Below are positions 63,523 through 64,000 of a DNA stretch of 64,000 nucleotides, piece by piece. Each line of letters opens with the position of its first letter. Within the stretch, counting starts at the first letter, position 1. Origin of the DNA: Laetmonice hystrix (Eukaryota); NCBI GenBank assembly GCA_965235115.1, contig OZ249440.1, forward strand, positions 35,590,001-35,654,000. The letters are read 5' to 3'. The notes beneath the pieces were generated by a model. It saw only the letters and a list, made by a program, of their open reading frames with translations, was not told where the DNA came from and did no database searches. A program made the translations under genes and the position numbers.

Positions 63523-64000
63523 GGTTGGTGCTAGTGCAGATCCAGAGGAGGGTTTGTCAAAATCTGTGAAGGATCACCTTGCCAGCTTCACCACGTAACG
63601 TTACTACGAGTTGTAGTAAAAGTATCAAGTCAAGCATGGAAGGAATTCCTGCTTGACACAGATATGGACCAATCACAGTACCCATTACACCACTTAAAAA
63701 ACAGTCACACGTGTGATCCAATCATAGCCTCTTATTCTGCCTGTCACTGGGGCAATATGTTAATTCGTCTTACTGGGTCAATATTACGCACCCAAACTGC
63801 ACCCGAAAAATGAGAGCTCATCATGAAAACACTGGAATGCTCCGTAAATATTTTGAAATATCTAACTAAAAGGTGCTTTTATTTGCTTTCTGTGGCTAAA
63901 GTATACTGTTGGTCTCATGATAAATTAAGCCAGCGCCAAATTGACAAGTGCTGCTTGTTGTAAACAACTGGCTCACTCAGTGACAGTGCTCACACGTGGT

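Overview
Animal genomic DNA; the 5S rRNA and SINE types suggest an invertebrate, probably a mollusc or other lophotrochozoan. I recognise no ordinary host gene: the window is almost entirely transposable elements, many nested. Positions 1-27.6 kb hold a near-intact pogo/Tigger element, a full-length L2/Crack-group LINE with intact ORF1 and PHD-APE-RT ORF2, fragments of Gypsy, THAP-transposase and SGNH-hydrolase elements, a 5S rDNA remnant, and 12 plus-strand 3' fragments of one RNase H-bearing I-group (Nimb-like) LINE with a (CACT)n tail. Positions 27.7-55.6 kb are one Harbinger/PIF element (transposase plus an antisense MADF-BESS gene in its intron) expanded by nested insertions: a near-complete I-group LINE ORF2 and a 21-kb intron-rich IS630-Tc1-mariner element (about DD91E spacing, Sailor-like), which itself carries an Academ element with further nested elements, a mariner derivative and an intact 3-exon DDE transposon with a 5-bp TSD. 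Positions 55.6-64 kb hold non-autonomous elements and a ZNF862-like hAT transposase split by a MITE. Most nesting is supported by TIRs, TSDs and restored reading frames read from the sequence; family names come from motif recognition only, not database searches.
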